Of a stretch of 64,000 nt of DNA, positions 37,318 to 47,071 are shown in pieces; position 1 is the stretch's first letter; each line of letters begins with the position of its first letter. Both the position numbers and the translations under genes were made by a program. Location: the NCBI GenBank assembly GCA_031962025.1, contig JAVRKW010000005.1; one strand, 5' to 3'. This DNA comes from Pseudothermotoga sp. (GTDB lineage Bacteria; Thermotogota; Thermotogae; Thermotogales; DSM-5069). Below the pieces are notes generated by a model. It did not search any database, was not told where the DNA came from, and saw only the letters and a program-made list of their open reading frames with translations.

Positions 37318-39188
37318 GAGTTGGTGTTGTAACTGGCACAAATAGTTCGAGCCCTTACAATTTCTTTGTCAGGCTTTATCAGGAGAATAACCGTCCCGTA
37401 CACATGCTGCAGATAGACGATATAGTGAAGGTCGTTTTTTCGTACAAACCATACGGTGAAATAATCTATTATGGTGTAGTGACGGAAATAAATGCTCGAT
37501 GGGATTTTGGACTTGTTTCAGGATATGAAGAAGAGATAGCACTTAAAGGTTTGTTACCGGCCTTTCCCATATACATTGCCACGGTGACAACGACACGCAT
37601 GCTTCGCGTTGAAAAAGGTAAGATGACCTCAGACGCTCCGCAGGTTCCACCACCACCGGGTACAGAGGTCATGATAGCCGAAGGTGATGAAACCAACATC
37701 GCTCTTGGATTTGACGAGTTGATCAAACAGAATGTGGCTGTGCCGATAGGTACTTTCAGAAACGGGAGACCAGCTTATGCGGATGTGAGATATATACTTG
37801 GAGAAAACGGTGCGCACATAAATATTTCAGGTCAGTCCGGTGTGGCTTCAAAAACTTCCTATGCAACCTTCCTGGTCAGGTCATTTCTTGATACGGGCAG
37901 GAAGTTGAAAGATAAAAATGAACTCATGGGATATTTGTCACGCTCAAGGTTCATCATTTTCAACGTCAAAGGTGAAGGATTGCTCTTTTTAGACAGGTGG
38001 TCTAAGGACTGGAAAAACCTCGAAAAAGAAGAGCAGGGAAGGCACTGGAAGAAAATGTACGAGTCAATGGGTATTCGACCAGAGCCTTTTGAAAAAGTAT
38101 CATTTTATGCACCAAGAAGATCGAAAAAAAGCACAGCGCCGTGGTCAAACAAAAGATATGATAATGTCTTTTCATACGGCTGGGACTGCATAGATATCTT
38201 TAAAATGGGACTTTTTGAGCTCATGTTCGATCCTGAAGAACTTGAGGTCAATCAAAATCTTCAGTTGGCAGTAACCACTGTGCAGGAATTTTTCTACGAA
38301 AGGTTTGAAAAAGCCGTTGAAGTGGCTGCTAAATTCTGTGAAAAGAATTCCTGTCTTCCTTCTACAAATGATGGTGAGATAATACTCAGAACCGCAATTG
38401 CAAATGGTTTTGATATCAAGGTACAGGCTGGTCTTCCTGAACAGATAGATGACTTAATAAAAATGTTTTCATCGGATGAAGAATTTTCAAAAAAAATCGA
38501 AGAGGAATTGAGAGGAAAATCCACTGTTATGGCAATGCTGAGAAGATTGAAATCCGTTAAAAACATCGGTATGGACCTGATCTGGATTCCGACGAGTTTT
38601 CTATCGGCGAAAACCGGTATCAGTGAACAGCATAAAATAAACTGGGATCATCCCGGTCAGATCACCGTGATTGATATTTCAAAACTCAGACCAAGGATTC
38701 AATCTTTCGTCGTTGGTGCTGTACTCGTTGAAGTGATGCGCTCTCGTGAGGAAAAAACTGATCAGGATCCTGTTTTCATATTCCTCGATGAACTGAACAA
38801 ATACGCTCCAAGACACGGTGGAGGACCGCTTGGAAATCTGTTCAGAGATATAGCAGAACGCGGTCGATCTTTCAGGGTGATAATGATTGGTGCGGAACAA
38901 ACCGCTTCCGAAGTTGATTACAGAATAATAACTCAATCATCGACGACCGTTGTTGGAAGACAAAAGGGTGCAGAACTGGAAAAACCCGAATATTCGCATT
39001 TGACTGCCGAACAAAAAGAACGCGCGGCTTTGTTGCAGCAGGGAGAAGTAATCGTCGACCAGCCGTTCATGAGAATACCGATAACCGTCAGTTTTCCTCT
39101 ACCAGCCTGGTGTACAAGAGAAGATGGGTACTATACTTTTGACGAAGAAAAAACAAAGCAGATAGAAGATAGACTTTATGGTCGGTAA
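37314..39188 (+). CDS. HerA/FtsK-like ATPase (DUF87 family)
   Basis: N-terminal HAS-barrel-like region; HINISGQSGVASKT Walker A variant; FLDELNKYAP Walker B; ERGRS. Confidence 0.85.
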   Translation: MRVGVVTGTNSSSPYNFFVRLYQENNRPVHMLQIDDIVKVVFSYKPYGEIIYYGVVTEINARWDFGLVSGYEEEIALKGLLPAFPIYIATVTTTRMLRVEKGKMTSDAPQVPPPPGTEVMIAEGDETNIALGFDELIKQNVAVPIGTFRNGRPAYADVRYILGENGAHINISGQSGVASKTSYATFLVRSFLDTGRKLKDKNELMGYLSRSRFIIFNVKGEGLLFLDRWSKDWKNLEKEEQGRHWKKMYESMGIRPEPFEKVSFYAPRRSKKSTAPWSNKRYDNVFSYGWDCIDIFKMGLFELMFDPEELEVNQNLQLAVTTVQEFFYERFEKAVEVAAKFCEKNSCLPSTNDGEIILRTAIANGFDIKVQAGLPEQIDDLIKMFSSDEEFSKKIEEELRGKSTVMAMLRRLKSVKNIGMDLIWIPTSFLSAKTGISEQHKINWDHPGQITVIDISKLRPRIQSFVVGAVLVEVMRSREEKTDQDPVFIFLDELNKYAPRHGGGPLGNLFRDIAERGRSFRVIMIGAEQTASEVDYRIITQSSTTVVGRQKGAELEKPEYSHLTAEQKERAALLQQGEVIVDQPFMRIPITVSFPLPAWCTREDGYYTFDEEKTKQIEDRLYGR

Positions 39189-39723
39189 AAAGATGCAATT
39201 GGTAATGGGATCTACGAGCATTCAGGTCCTGATATATTTAATTGTTTCCCTGATATTCATCTCTATAGCGGCTGTTATTTTGGAAACTGTCATAACACAC
39301 GCCAGAACGACCGTTGAAAGAATAGACAAGGAAATAGATTTTTTCATGGCTATTGATTTTGTCAGAAGAGACTTCTGGTTTCATTCAATTTCAATCGGTA
39401 CTGTCTCCAAAGATGGTACCGCATTTACTTTCAAAGAAAAGATAGGTCAAGTTGAGAAAAAGGTGAGCTATATCGTGGAAAAAACTGGTGATCTGTATCA
39501 GCTCAAAAGGGTTGCCAACGATGGGGTCAATGTCATCTACAAATCAAAAAATGCCATATTTTTTTCTGAGCCGGTTCAAAATATATGGGCAATACATCTT
39601 GAAGGTTTTCAGTTCGAGATGGTCAATGCCACTCCAACAGAACTGATGAGTAAACTCTACGGCAATCAGGTGAGAACGCCGGATTTTCTTCTTCCCAAAT
39701 TGATCGAGGTGAAAGACAAATGA
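39178..39723 (+). CDS. Hypothetical membrane-anchored protein, pseudopilin-like N-terminus
   Basis: Basic leader then G-STSIQVLIYLIVSLIF hydrophobic helix. Confidence 0.5.
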   Translation: MVGKKMQLVMGSTSIQVLIYLIVSLIFISIAAVILETVITHARTTVERIDKEIDFFMAIDFVRRDFWFHSISIGTVSKDGTAFTFKEKIGQVEKKVSYIVEKTGDLYQLKRVANDGVNVIYKSKNAIFFSEPVQNIWAIHLEGFQFEMVNATPTELMSKLYGNQVRTPDFLLPKLIEVKDK

Positions 39724-39724
39724 A

Positions 39725-40720
39725 TTATTTTTCCTCTATCTTTGGTTTCTCGATCAACTTCACCTTTCTCTTGAATTCTTTTATGTTCATCTCTTTCAAT
39801 ATCAAACTTCCAAGAAAATATTGAAATGGTAACCAGGTAACATGTCCTGTGGGGATGATGTATCTTTTGGGTTTTCCAAGAGCGTTCCAGAGGATTTTTC
39901 TGGTTCTCAATGGTAGTGCTCTGTCAAATAAAGCTTCGATGAAGGTTATTCTTTCTGTTTGCACGAATTTTGCATAAGCGATGGGATCAACTTTCAATAT
40001 CGGGTGGATTGATGAATTTATCATATCCTGTATATTTTCAAAAGAATCGAGCCTTTTGATATCTTTTTCAAAGACTTCCAAAAACCAGTTCTTGTCGTTC
40101 ATCCTATATTCCCTGCCAAGTCCCTTGCTGATATCTCTTCGAAAATACGCAAGCGTTGGTGAGTACCACATCAACGTGGCTATGTCTCCTCCCGAAGTTA
40201 TGACGATCGTTTTGCGAAAATCATTCCTCAGTGCACTGAGAATCACCGAGATCATACCACCCAAACAGTAACCAACAAGACAGTTATTTTCATGCCACAA
40301 GCCTTTTTCCTCTGCGATACGAAGTGTGGTGAGCACATCGACAATGGCATGTTCCCAGAAATGAACCATTTTCTCTACGTCTGTGGAAAAGTATTCTCTA
40401 CCGCTAACCGAACCATCGGCAGTTCGTGTGAGATTACCCGGCAGGATGGGAAGAAAGACCCTGACACCGGCATTCGCTATGTGTATGCCCATCCACAACA
40501 AAAAAGGGATATTCATCGTTCCAAGTCCATGAAGAAGCATCAAAGAACCGACGGGGTTTTCTTTGGGCTCAACATGGTAAACCTCCACCGTCTCTGTACC
40601 AGGCAAGGGGTGTTCGTAGAGCGTTTGAAATTTGATCAGTGATACTCTAAAACTCTTTCCTTTCATTATATACCCACTTGAAATCTTAGGTGATCTGTAT
40701 TCAAAGTCAAAACTGACCAT
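39725..40720 (-). CDS. Alpha/beta hydrolase
   Basis: LLHGLG, GYCLGG nucleophile elbow, FDR and TGH motifs. Confidence 0.82.
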   Translation of the reverse strand: MVSFDFEYRSPKISSGYIMKGKSFRVSLIKFQTLYEHPLPGTETVEVYHVEPKENPVGSLMLLHGLGTMNIPFLLWMGIHIANAGVRVFLPILPGNLTRTADGSVSGREYFSTDVEKMVHFWEHAIVDVLTTLRIAEEKGLWHENNCLVGYCLGGMISVILSALRNDFRKTIVITSGGDIATLMWYSPTLAYFRRDISKGLGREYRMNDKNWFLEVFEKDIKRLDSFENIQDMINSSIHPILKVDPIAYAKFVQTERITFIEALFDRALPLRTRKILWNALGKPKRYIIPTGHVTWLPFQYFLGSLILKEMNIKEFKRKVKLIEKPKIEEK

Positions 40721-40725
40721 CGAAA

Positions 40726-41433
40726 TTACCCTTTCTTTTTAAAAGAGCACTTTCTTGCTATTTCGAACAGCACTATTCCAGCACTTACAGAAACATTCAA
40801 TGAATCTATCGACGAAAACATTGGTATACTGATCAATTGATCGCACCTTTCTTTGACAAGCCTGCTCAAACCCTCTCCTTCATTCCCAAAAACCACAGCA
40901 ACTGGCGGCACGAATTTTTCCTCAAAGAGATTCTTACCCTGCATATCTGCACCGTAAACCCAGTATCCGCGCTTTTGCAATTTTTCAATCGTGCTGACCA
41001 AATTAGTCACAACAACAATCGGTATTCGAAAAACTGTACCAGCAGAGACTTTTACAACGGCTGCTGTTACCTTGGCTGAGCGGTCTTTTGTGATCACAAC
41101 AGCACTCGCACCGGCACCAACGGATGTCCTGATGATTGCACCAAGATTGTGCGGATCAACAACGTGGTCGAGTAAAACTATCAGATCTCCATCAAGAGCA
41201 GTCTCATCGCTGTACTGAAAATCCAGATCTATCACAATACCCTGGTTTTTTTCTTCTCCGCAGAGTTTCTCCAGATGTTTCGATGTCGTGTATGTATATG
41301 GATAACCATTTTCCCTGAGCAACTGCTCGATGAGCCTGAATTTACCATCATCGCTGTCTTTAAGATAGACCTTCTTAACAGGATAATGTGTTCTTATTAT
41401 TTCATCCAAAACGCTTTTACCGTACACAATCAT
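40726..41433 (-). CDS. rlmB: 23S rRNA Gm2251 2'-O-methyltransferase (SpoU family)
   Basis: DPHNLGAIIR, GNEGEG and SLNVSV motifs; start MIVYGK after RBS GGAGGAGG. Confidence 0.9.
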   Translation of the reverse strand: MIVYGKSVLDEIIRTHYPVKKVYLKDSDDGKFRLIEQLLRENGYPYTYTTSKHLEKLCGEEKNQGIVIDLDFQYSDETALDGDLIVLLDHVVDPHNLGAIIRTSVGAGASAVVITKDRSAKVTAAVVKVSAGTVFRIPIVVVTNLVSTIEKLQKRGYWVYGADMQGKNLFEEKFVPPVAVVFGNEGEGLSRLVKERCDQLISIPMFSSIDSLNVSVSAGIVLFEIARKCSFKKKG

Positions 41434-41500
41434 TCTCTTGACCTCCTCCCAATCCCCTAAAGGGAATGGGATTCTTAGCAGCTCGTTCAGGCTGCCTTCC

Positions 41501-41658
41501 ATGGAGCAGTAGATGCTCCATGACCACGGAGGTGTGGGGTGAATCTCACACCTCTGGCGGGTGCCAAGCCCGCTACTACCTGGGAATTCCCAGGATATCC
41601 TGATGGTTTCTTCTGAAACAGTTCATGCCGAATCTACATAGTATGTTCTACTCTCCAT
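41501..41658 (-). ncRNA. Structured ncRNA, candidate 6S RNA
   Basis: TGcTACCAT extended -10 (41664-41672) just upstream; 5' AUGGAGAGUAGA pairs with 3' UCUACUGCUCCAU; UGAAC...GGGA...GGCACCCGCC...hairpin...GGUCA in the order seen in 6S RNAs. Confidence 0.5.
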
Positions 41659-41696
41659 ATACAATGGTAGCACAGTTTAAATAATTAACCGACCCA

Positions 41697-42119
41697 TTAC
41701 CCTTCCCCTAAAGAAGAAGGGCTTGCGGGGTTGGTTTTTCTGTCATTCTCCAGTGTGATCTGAATCAGTTCTGCCAGTCTATCGTGATCCTGGGACAGAT
41801 AGAGAAATCCCAAAAGGGCTTCAAATGCGGTACTCTTTCTGTATAAAGGATCATTACCGTGTTTTTTTGCGGCTTTACTGTTGATTGCCCTTTTCACCAA
41901 GGATAATTCCGTTTCGTTGAGTAATCCCATCAATTTATCAAGGCTTTTTGCCTGTCCATTTTTTGAGACTATCTGGTTCACTTTGCTGTGAATTTTGTCA
42001 ACTCTTCCCAAATTCAGGTACCTGGTTCTGCAGTATAAAGAATACACTGCATCGCCAATATAAGCAATCGTTGAAATAGGTAACTGTGATATCTTCAGTG
42101 TATTATCTTCCACTTTCAA
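41697..42119 (-). CDS. mrnC: Mini-ribonuclease III
   Basis: IAYIGDAVY and YRKSTAFEALLG motifs; no dsRBD. Confidence 0.9.
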   Translation of the reverse strand: MKVEDNTLKISQLPISTIAYIGDAVYSLYCRTRYLNLGRVDKIHSKVNQIVSKNGQAKSLDKLMGLLNETELSLVKRAINSKAAKKHGNDPLYRKSTAFEALLGFLYLSQDHDRLAELIQITLENDRKTNPASPSSLGEG

Positions 42120-42552
42120 TCACCTTTCTCAAAGCCACTTCGTCTAAGTACAGTCTGTTTAATCTATCCTGTTCAAAAACATACCTTTTGAATCTTCTTT
42201 CTTTCAAATTTTGCAAAACTTTCGTTTCTCTTCTTGCAATAAGATACTGCTGTTTGAGATCTTCTTCCTGTTTTTTGAGCTGATCAAGTTGCTCGTACAG
42301 TTTTTTTATGTAAATCTTTTCCATGTCTATGTATGTGAACCACTGGCTGATCTGAGCGCCTGATATACCTTTTGATGAATTTTGAAGCATTGATTTGTAA
42401 AGACCGTGCAGAAGATTTTCAGCAGAATCGATCTGATTTTGCAGATCTTTAATTTTCATTCTGACAGATGAGAGCTCCATTTTTATTTGATTTTCCTGTG
42501 ATATCTTCAATTTCAATAATTTATCCAGCCTGAATTTAAACAGCCAGATCAC
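42103..42552 (-). CDS. fliJ: Flagellar export protein FliJ
   Basis: FKFRLDKLLKLK N-terminus; coiled coil; C-terminal LDEVA. Confidence 0.8.
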   Translation of the reverse strand: MIWLFKFRLDKLLKLKISQENQIKMELSSVRMKIKDLQNQIDSAENLLHGLYKSMLQNSSKGISGAQISQWFTYIDMEKIYIKKLYEQLDQLKKQEEDLKQQYLIARRETKVLQNLKERRFKRYVFEQDRLNRLYLDEVALRKVIESGR

Positions 42553-42661
42553 CCTCTGATATTATAACGCCACTTGTTCAATCTTCTGACCATGTTGTTT
42601 TTGAGAATAAATGATACACCGTTTGTGTGATAGAATTTTACTGATACATCGGGGGTGATCT

Positions 42662-43309
42662 ATGTTGTCTTTTGACTTTGTGGATTTCAAGATGACAAAA
42701 GAAGGACTTGTTTTGGTGATAAAAGACTACCAGGACATTGAAACAGTCATTCACCAACTCGGTTCGCGTATATCCCAGATGAGCGGTTTTTTTGCCACCG
42801 GCGATAAGATCATGTTGATGATTGAAAACAACGAGAAACACTCTCAGGATATGCCAAAGATAATTTCTGCTTTGAAAAAAATGGGGCTGGAGGTTTCCCA
42901 GATATTGATGGGTGCCACTTCGGGTGAAAATATAAATGTGCATGGAAGAATGAAGATGGTCGAGGAAGGTGAAACAAAATCTGGTACAAAGGTTGTCAAA
43001 AAAAATCTTAGATCCGGACAGGCGTTGATTCATTCTGGTGATGTCATTGTAATAGGAAATGTTCATTCCGGTGCTGAAATCATGGCAGGTGGTTCGATAG
43101 CCGTCTTTGGTGATGTAAAAGGCGTCCTGCGTGCAGGGCTAAACGAAGGTGAACAGGCAGTGATAGCGGCATTATCCATACACCCATCGCTGATCCAGAT
43201 CTCAGGTTATATACTCAGGGAAATAGAACCATTTGATGAACCTGTTGTGATACACGTGAAAGACAATAAGATTGTCGTGCAAAAAGCAAAAGATGTAAAA
43301 TTTCAATAA
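42662..43309 (+). CDS. minC: Septum site-determining protein MinC
   Basis: LRSGQ, IGNVHSGAEIMAGG and LRAG beta-helix motifs. Confidence 0.9.
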   Translation: MLSFDFVDFKMTKEGLVLVIKDYQDIETVIHQLGSRISQMSGFFATGDKIMLMIENNEKHSQDMPKIISALKKMGLEVSQILMGATSGENINVHGRMKMVEEGETKSGTKVVKKNLRSGQALIHSGDVIVIGNVHSGAEIMAGGSIAVFGDVKGVLRAGLNEGEQAVIAALSIHPSLIQISGYILREIEPFDEPVVIHVKDNKIVVQKAKDVKFQ

Positions 43310-43313
43310 GGGA

Positions 43314-44327
43314 GTGGTGAAATTGGATGTGAAAGAGTTGATAAAAGAACTTTCAGCTCTGGACGGTCCTTCTGGTTATGAAGAAGCCGTTTTGAAAGTT
43401 ATAGAAAAAAAGATCGAACCTTTTGTCGACAGAGTCTTTTACAACAAGGTTGGCACGTTGATCGCAGAAAAAAAAGGAACTGGCAGGGGTAAGCTTGGCA
43501 TTTTTGCCCATGCAGATGAAATTGGGCATGTTATAACCAAGATAGAAAATGGGCTTTTTGCGAGGTTGGAAACGATCGGCGGAGTAGATCCAAAGATCAT
43601 GTTTGCGCAAAAAGTGAAGATCTACACAAAAAAAGGAATTGCAAGGGGAGTCATCGGTGTTCTTCCTCCTCATCTTCAAAAAGAAGAACACAGAAACAAA
43701 GTGCCAGACTTTGACAAAATTTTCGTGGATCTGTCCTGCAGTGAGCTCGGTGAGTACGTATCAGTTGGAGATATATGTGTTGTTGATATGAAACCCGTTG
43801 AACTCAACGGCAAGTTGTGTGGAAAGGCGATGGATAACAGAGCAGGCTGTGCCTCTCTGATTCTCGCAGCCAGTTTATTACAAACCATAAAAAATTATCA
43901 GGATGTTTATTTTATCTTCTCAAGTCAGGAAGAAGTTTCCGGTCCTGGTGCTGTGTCGATTGCGTATGAACTCATGCTCGATAGAGCAATAGTGGTGGAT
44001 GTAACTCATGGCGATGTAAAAATCCCCCAATTTGTGCAGATCAAGCTCGGTGAAGGACCTGCTCTTTGTATAGGACCGGTAATCGACAGGGAATTTCAAT
44101 CATTATTGTCTGAAATTGCTCAAAAGAACAACGTTAGAACACAGATCGAACCAGCTCCCAATAGATCCGGGACAGACACAGACGAGGTACAGCTTGCAGG
44201 CAGTGGCATACGCACAACCCTTGTGTCTATTCCTCTGTTGTACATGCACACACCTGTTGAGGTTGTTGATCCAAAAGATGTCCAGGAAACATCAAGGCTT
44301 CTGGCTTTGGCAACAACGATCGCATGA
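43314..44327 (+). CDS. M42 family aminopeptidase
   Basis: AHADE, MDNR, QEEV, VDVT and YMHTP motifs. Confidence 0.9.
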   Translation: MVKLDVKELIKELSALDGPSGYEEAVLKVIEKKIEPFVDRVFYNKVGTLIAEKKGTGRGKLGIFAHADEIGHVITKIENGLFARLETIGGVDPKIMFAQKVKIYTKKGIARGVIGVLPPHLQKEEHRNKVPDFDKIFVDLSCSELGEYVSVGDICVVDMKPVELNGKLCGKAMDNRAGCASLILAASLLQTIKNYQDVYFIFSSQEEVSGPGAVSIAYELMLDRAIVVDVTHGDVKIPQFVQIKLGEGPALCIGPVIDREFQSLLSEIAQKNNVRTQIEPAPNRSGTDTDEVQLAGSGIRTTLVSIPLLYMHTPVEVVDPKDVQETSRLLALATTIA

Positions 44328-44340
44328 AGGAGGGATGACT

Positions 44341-45360
44341 TTGTACCTGAAAGAATTGACAGAACTCGATGGAGTGTCAGGTAATGAGCACCAGGTAAGG
44401 GAATTCATATATCAGAAGATAAAGGACAAAGTCGATGAAATAAAAGTGGATGTGCTTGGTAATTTGATAGCATATAAAAAAGGAACAAAAGGCAGAAGAA
44501 AAATTGTTCTGGCGGCACATATGGATGAGGTTGGTTTCATGGTGACAAACATCGAAGATGATGGAACCCTGGCTTTCGCTCCAGTCGGTGGTGTTGAAAC
44601 GCAGGTCATGCCAGGTAAGATTGTTCGTATCAACGGCAAGGTGCTTGGTGCAATCGGATACAAAGCCATTCACGTACAGGATAAAGAGCAAATACTCAAA
44701 CCACCATCGATGGAGCAACTGCGCATTTATATCGGAGCAAAATCAAAAGACGAAGCATCAAAACAGGTCAAACTGGGTGATTATGTTGCCTTCACCACCA
44801 GTTATGAACAGGAGAATGGAAGGGCAATAGGCAAAGCTTTTGACGATCGAGCTGGATGTTCTGTTTTGATCGATCTTGTTGAAAAAAATGATCGCTATGA
44901 AGATGATGTGTACTTTGCCTTTGTTGTTCAGGAGGAAGTTGGGCTCAGAGGCAGTGCCGTTGTGAACCAGCAGATACATCCAGATATAGCAATAGTAATA
45001 GAGGGAACTACTGCCGGTGACGATCCAGAATTACCAGAGTATCAATGGGCAACACATCTCGGTGAAGGTCCAGCGATTACTTTCATGCACAGAGGATATG
45101 TTGTGAACAAAAAAATCTATGAATCAATAATAAAAGTGGCTCAGAAGTATTCAATCGCTCATCAGGCGAAAAGAAGAACGGCTGGAGGAACGGACGCAGC
45201 GCGTTTTGCGAGAACTGGCGCAGGTACTGCAGCCGGTGTTGTGTCTGTCCCTTCACGGTACATTCACAGTCCAGTTTCTATGATTGATCTGAACGATTAC
45301 AATAACACAGTTCTTCTTTTACAAAAAATTCTTGAAGAAGGGGAGGCATTTGCAAAATGA
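44341..45360 (+). CDS. M42 family aminopeptidase
   Basis: AHMDE, FDDR, QEEVG, IEGT and YIHS motifs; TTG start 44341 spaced correctly from GGAGGG (ATG 44335 is the alternative). Confidence 0.9.
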   Translation: MYLKELTELDGVSGNEHQVREFIYQKIKDKVDEIKVDVLGNLIAYKKGTKGRRKIVLAAHMDEVGFMVTNIEDDGTLAFAPVGGVETQVMPGKIVRINGKVLGAIGYKAIHVQDKEQILKPPSMEQLRIYIGAKSKDEASKQVKLGDYVAFTTSYEQENGRAIGKAFDDRAGCSVLIDLVEKNDRYEDDVYFAFVVQEEVGLRGSAVVNQQIHPDIAIVIEGTTAGDDPELPEYQWATHLGEGPAITFMHRGYVVNKKIYESIIKVAQKYSIAHQAKRRTAGGTDAARFARTGAGTAAGVVSVPSRYIHSPVSMIDLNDYNNTVLLLQKILEEGEAFAK

Positions 45361-46361
45361 TAGATCTCATCAAGAAATTGACAGAGGCGTATGGACCGAG
45401 TGGTAGAGAAGAAGAGGTACACAATTTAATTCTTCATGAGTTAGAAGGGTATATAGACGGTTACAAATTCGACAACGTTGGAAACCTTCTTGTATGGAAA
45501 ACAGGTACGAGTGGAAAGAAGGTTCTATTCGATGCGCATGCCGATGAAATAGGACTTGTCGTCACGAATATAGATGAAAGGGGTTTTTTGAGAGTTGAAA
45601 GTGTTGGAGGGGTTCCACCCCATGCTTATGTTGGACACAGAGTGAGGTTTTTAAATGCCATAGGTGTTGTTTATGTTGAGGGAGAAACGGAGGAAGAGCG
45701 AAAAAAGAATTTCACGAATCTGAGTCTGGACAATATGTTCGTTGATATTGGTGCAAAAAGCAAAGATGAGGCAATGAAGCTGGTACCCATAGGATCTTTT
45801 GGTGTTTACGATTCTTATTTTTACAAAAACGGCGACCTGTTGATCAGCAAAGCCATGGATGACCGAATAGGTTGTGCCGTCATTGTTGAGATCTTCAAGA
45901 GAATCAAAAAGCCTCATAACACGATCATAGGATCGTTCACCGTGCAAGAGGAAACGGGTCTTGTAGGAGCATCGGTTGCCGCTTATTCTCTGGTACCGGA
46001 TGTTTGTATTGCAATTGACGTCACTGACTCATCGGATTATCCAAAATCTTTCAAAAGACACTCGATGGCGCTTGGAAAAGGACCAGCAATTAAGATCAAA
46101 GACAGAGCTTCAATCAGCAACAGAAGTATCGTGGAAAAACTCGTACAGATCGCCGAGCAGGAGAAGATTCCATATCAGATGGAGGTACTCACATTTGGTG
46201 GAACAAATGCCGCTGTACTCCAAAAAACCAGGTCTGGTATACCTTCTGCCACAGTATCGATCGCCACAAGGTATGTGCATTCTCCAAGTGAAATTGTTTC
46301 CCTGAAAGATGTTGAGAACACCGTGGAACTACTCGTAAATTATGCGGGGAAGGGAGTGTAA
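45357..46361 (+). CDS. M42 family aminopeptidase
   Basis: AHADE, MDDR, QEETG, IDVT and YVHS motifs. Confidence 0.9.
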   Translation: MIDLIKKLTEAYGPSGREEEVHNLILHELEGYIDGYKFDNVGNLLVWKTGTSGKKVLFDAHADEIGLVVTNIDERGFLRVESVGGVPPHAYVGHRVRFLNAIGVVYVEGETEEERKKNFTNLSLDNMFVDIGAKSKDEAMKLVPIGSFGVYDSYFYKNGDLLISKAMDDRIGCAVIVEIFKRIKKPHNTIIGSFTVQEETGLVGASVAAYSLVPDVCIAIDVTDSSDYPKSFKRHSMALGKGPAIKIKDRASISNRSIVEKLVQIAEQEKIPYQMEVLTFGGTNAAVLQKTRSGIPSATVSIATRYVHSPSEIVSLKDVENTVELLVNYAGKGV

Positions 46362-46363
46362 AA

Positions 46364-47071
46364 GTGCCGAAAGGTCAAATAAGATTGACCGAAAATCAGG
46401 CTCGAATACTCGCAATATTGATAATCGCATTGAGTATCGGTTTTGTCAGTTTTACACTCGCGACATTCTTCATCCTGAAAAGCCGGTCCAATATTCAAGT
46501 AGAGATAGTCGAAGTGCCTCCACCAAAAATCGAAGTGCCGGTCAGTGCAAGTACATCGACTGAGTCCACGGTAGAATATGTAACTCCTTCTATCTACAGG
46601 ATAGAAGAATTCGATTACAAAAAACTCATAACTCAAGCGACAGAAGTGATTGAGAAAGGTGCAAACCTGTCGGTTTACATTCTACAATCAGATGATGCTT
46701 TGAAGATCATCAAAGGTTCCAATCTTGGGTTTGTGATTTGCCAGTACACAAAAGACACTTATACAGTTGGAGTTGTTGGTGATTACACCTTTGGGAATTT
46801 AACACCTATGCGCACTCTTTACGGAGTACTCGTGTTGTCTGTTGTAAACAAAGAAAGCGCTCTGGAAAAGATGTTGGCTTTCAGGAGTGCGGGTTATCCT
46901 GCCTATTTGATGCATTTTTTGCGTGAAGGACGCGACTGGTATTCTCTTGTCATCGGAGCCTTCAGTGATGTCAACAGTGCTGAGGATTTCAACAAAAAGC
47001 TGAACTGGACAGAGGTCATGAAAATTGCAGGTACTCAGCGACCGGGATATGTAGGGAGGATAACACCTTGA
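46364..47071 (+). CDS. Membrane-anchored SPOR-domain protein
   Basis: N-terminal TM segment; C-terminal AGYPAY...WYSLVIGAFSDVNSAE. Confidence 0.65.
   Translation: MPKGQIRLTENQARILAILIIALSIGFVSFTLATFFILKSRSNIQVEIVEVPPPKIEVPVSASTSTESTVEYVTPSIYRIEEFDYKKLITQATEVIEKGANLSVYILQSDDALKIIKGSNLGFVICQYTKDTYTVGVVGDYTFGNLTPMRTLYGVLVLSVVNKESALEKMLAFRSAGYPAYLMHFLREGRDWYSLVIGAFSDVNSAEDFNKKLNWTEVMKIAGTQRPGYVGRITP

Noticed and set aside
37314..39188. HerA-based antiphage system
   Set aside because: No SIR2, nuclease or DUF4297 partner adjacent; embedded in a housekeeping operon
40726..41502. N-terminal extensions in the ORF track (rlmB 41502, M42 44116, lysC 9869, malF-type 59356, lacZ 54809)
   Set aside because: Downstream starts have good RBSs and match family N-termini; the extensions overlap other features
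41576..41658. Tiny minus-strand ORFs MESRTYYVDSA and MNCFRRNHQDILGIPR
   Set aside because: No properly spaced RBS or informative codon bias; both lie within the structured RNA
41440..41660. c-di-AMP or cobalamin riboswitch, SRP RNA, RNase P RNA
   Set aside because: Only isolated short matches (GGGGTGAATC, GGAAGGC); the other required motifs are absent or out of order
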